Shown: positions 24,461 to 25,668 of the stretch, piece by piece
Position numbering within the stretch: the stretch's first letter is position 1
Layout of the letters: each line of letters starts with the position of its first letter
IMG/VR virus record: IMGVR_UViG_3300028840_001289
Coordinates: 1 to 25,668 of that record
DNA length: 25,668 nucleotides
Strand: one strand, 5' to 3'
Source: a virus
Position numbers and translations under genes: made by a program
Notes under the pieces: model-generated
Told to the model about the DNA's origin: nothing
The model's database searches: none
What the model saw: the letters and a program-made list of their open reading frames with translations, nothing else

Positions 24461-25668
24461 TATAATTCAATATGATGATTACCTGGGTGGCGTTACGACC
24501 ATCGGATGGTTCCCGGTTGGCATCAGCACCATCCAGGATTACATTGACAGGGTATTGGCTGACGGTGGTACCATCGAAGCTGAGCAATGTTTAAGGGACC
24601 GGATCGCTGAGCTGGAAGGTGAGACGTATGAATTCTGCGGAGGTTCTGAACCATTAAGATACCGCTGGTATGGTGACCGTTATGAAACGCTCAGGGGTTC
24701 AACAGTTGCCATCAACGTGATGATACGCAGCGATGAGGACAAGGCGCAAATTGATAAGACATTAGAAGCAGCACATTACGTTTGGGTGGAGAAGGATAGC
24801 GTAATTCAGTGGAGGGGCAAGATATTCCCCCAGCTCTTCACCGAGGCTTACCGGCAGTACCCTTATGTCATACAGCTAATGGGTACTGACCAGGTAGGCC
24901 AATTAAAGGACTACCGCTTTTTGATGACCGATTTCCCCGAGCCTTTCAATACCATTGCTCCTGAGTTCACTGTGCTTGATGTGTTGAATATTGCATTGAG
25001 CAACCCTACATTCAAGCCTGATGCAGACTACCCCACTGCACCTGAAAAGATCAATATAAGTACACGCCTGACCTTTGATGAAGCTAACAGGAACAGGACG
25101 TTGGAGCTTACTTACCTCGACCCTCAAAACTTCATCGATGATAACGACCAGTATATGTCCAAGTGGGATGTGCTTGATGCAATTTTGAAGCCGTTGCAGT
25201 TATACCTCGTCCAATGGTTGGGACAGTGGTGGGTGTTGTCATGGGATGCCCTGTGGGACAACGGCAACTTTGAATTTGTTCAGTACACGCTTGACTTTGA
25301 TGCCGGCCCTCAATATGTCTTCACGGGCGGATATACAGGCGGGGTGCTTGATCTCTATGATGGCTGGCAGACATCAGATCCGCAGCAGGTGTATAACAAC
25401 GCACAGTTGGAGTACTTACCGGCATGGCAGGGCGTTGATTACTCGATGACTTACACTCCAAATAAACAGGCCCTACCTATTTTCTCAAATCAATCAGGTG
25501 ATTTTTACCGTGGGCGTGGCGGTACGCCTTTGGAGTTTGAAAGTGCGGGGATTGGAGGTTGGCTTGGGTTGCGGCATTGGAATATGGAAGGACTGGAATG
25601 CACCTATTACCCTAATGAGAACTCTGGCAACTTACTGATCAATTCAGTATCGGTGCAGGGCGATCAGC
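24450..25668 (+). CDS. 5' part of the wrap-around tail/baseplate gene, continuing at 1..1034. The likely start is GTG 24450.
   Basis: The frame is open from the TAG at 24447 to the window end, with no stop, so it is absent from the ORF track. It is in phase with 6..1034 through the 144-nt overlap. The first in-frame ATG is only at about 24719. Confidence 0.7.
   Translation, partial: MALNIIQYDDYLGGVTTIGWFPVGISTIQDYIDRVLADGGTIEAEQCLRDRIAELEGETYEFCGGSEPLRYRWYGDRYETLRGSTVAINVMIRSDEDKAQIDKTLEAAHYVWVEKDSVIQWRGKIFPQLFTEAYRQYPYVIQLMGTDQVGQLKDYRFLMTDFPEPFNTIAPEFTVLDVLNIALSNPTFKPDADYPTAPEKINISTRLTFDEANRNRTLELTYLDPQNFIDDNDQYMSKWDVLDAILKPLQLYLVQWLGQWWVLSWDALWDNGNFEFVQYTLDFDAGPQYVFTGGYTGGVLDLYDGWQTSDPQQVYNNAQLEYLPAWQGVDYSMTYTPNKQALPIFSNQSGDFYRGRGGTPLEFESAGIGGWLGLRHWNMEGLECTYYPNENSGNLLINSVSVQGDQ
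25525..25668. repeat. Second copy of the terminal overlap, identical to 1..144.
   Basis: Direct comparison of both ends. Confidence 0.9.

Noticed and set aside
24472-24594. ATGATG-initiated 40-codon ORF right after the tape measure gene.
   Set aside because: It terminates after 40 codons and is out of frame with the 702-aa reading frame that carries the conserved tail-protein sequence. It is probably not a gene.
1-25668. CRISPR arrays, tRNA or tmRNA genes, integrase and attP, reverse transcriptase or DGR elements, toxin-antitoxin pairs.
   Set aside because: I found no spaced identical repeats, no cloverleaf-like candidates in the few intergenic gaps, and no recombinase or RT motifs in any listed translation. 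This absence is by eye only and should be confirmed with tRNAscan and HMM searches.

Overview
The window is a complete, circularly closed dsDNA tailed-phage genome. Its first 144 nt (1..144) are identical to its last 144 nt (25525..25668), which gives a unique length of 25,524 bp. One tail gene is split across the linearisation point. It starts at 24450, runs off the window end, and resumes at 1..1034.

Gene layout:
- A long + strand block (8067 onward, wrapping to 4273) encodes a SNF2 helicase fused to an amino-methyltransferase, an SF3/VirE-like P-loop replication protein, and terS and terL.
- Next comes a ParB-like cassette, then portal, MuF-like protein, prohead protease, HK97-type major capsid and head-tail joining proteins.
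- The block ends with major tail protein, G/GT chaperones with a canonical A_AAA_AAG -1 slippery site, tape measure, baseplate and fibre proteins.
- A short - strand block (7940 down to 4241) holds small early genes: an unlisted 46-aa ribbon-helix-helix protein, a VRR-NUC-like nuclease and a cytosine-5 methyltransferase.

A Bacteroidota host is suggested by the absence of Shine-Dalgarno motifs, by TAnnTTTG -7-like boxes, and by the fibre N-terminus. I could not recognise an integrase, tRNA, CRISPR array or endolysin.

The most unusual observation is in the C5-methyltransferase gene (4924..5871, -). It contains a 244-codon ORF in the +1 frame that looks like a real protein, with LLPTPxxRDxKG repeats and an MMGFPTDWT motif. 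Differences between its internal repeat copies are synonymous only in that nested frame. This points to overprinting or frameshift-dependent expression.

Other items:
- A 9-10 nt motif, CAATAGACA(A/G), recurs beside early-gene start codons.
- A Y-x-DRV-x-x-DGG-x-x-E...C peptide recurs in three tail proteins.
- A GACA/TGTC repeat array lies upstream of terS.
- Intrinsic terminators sit 11-15 nt upstream of start codons.
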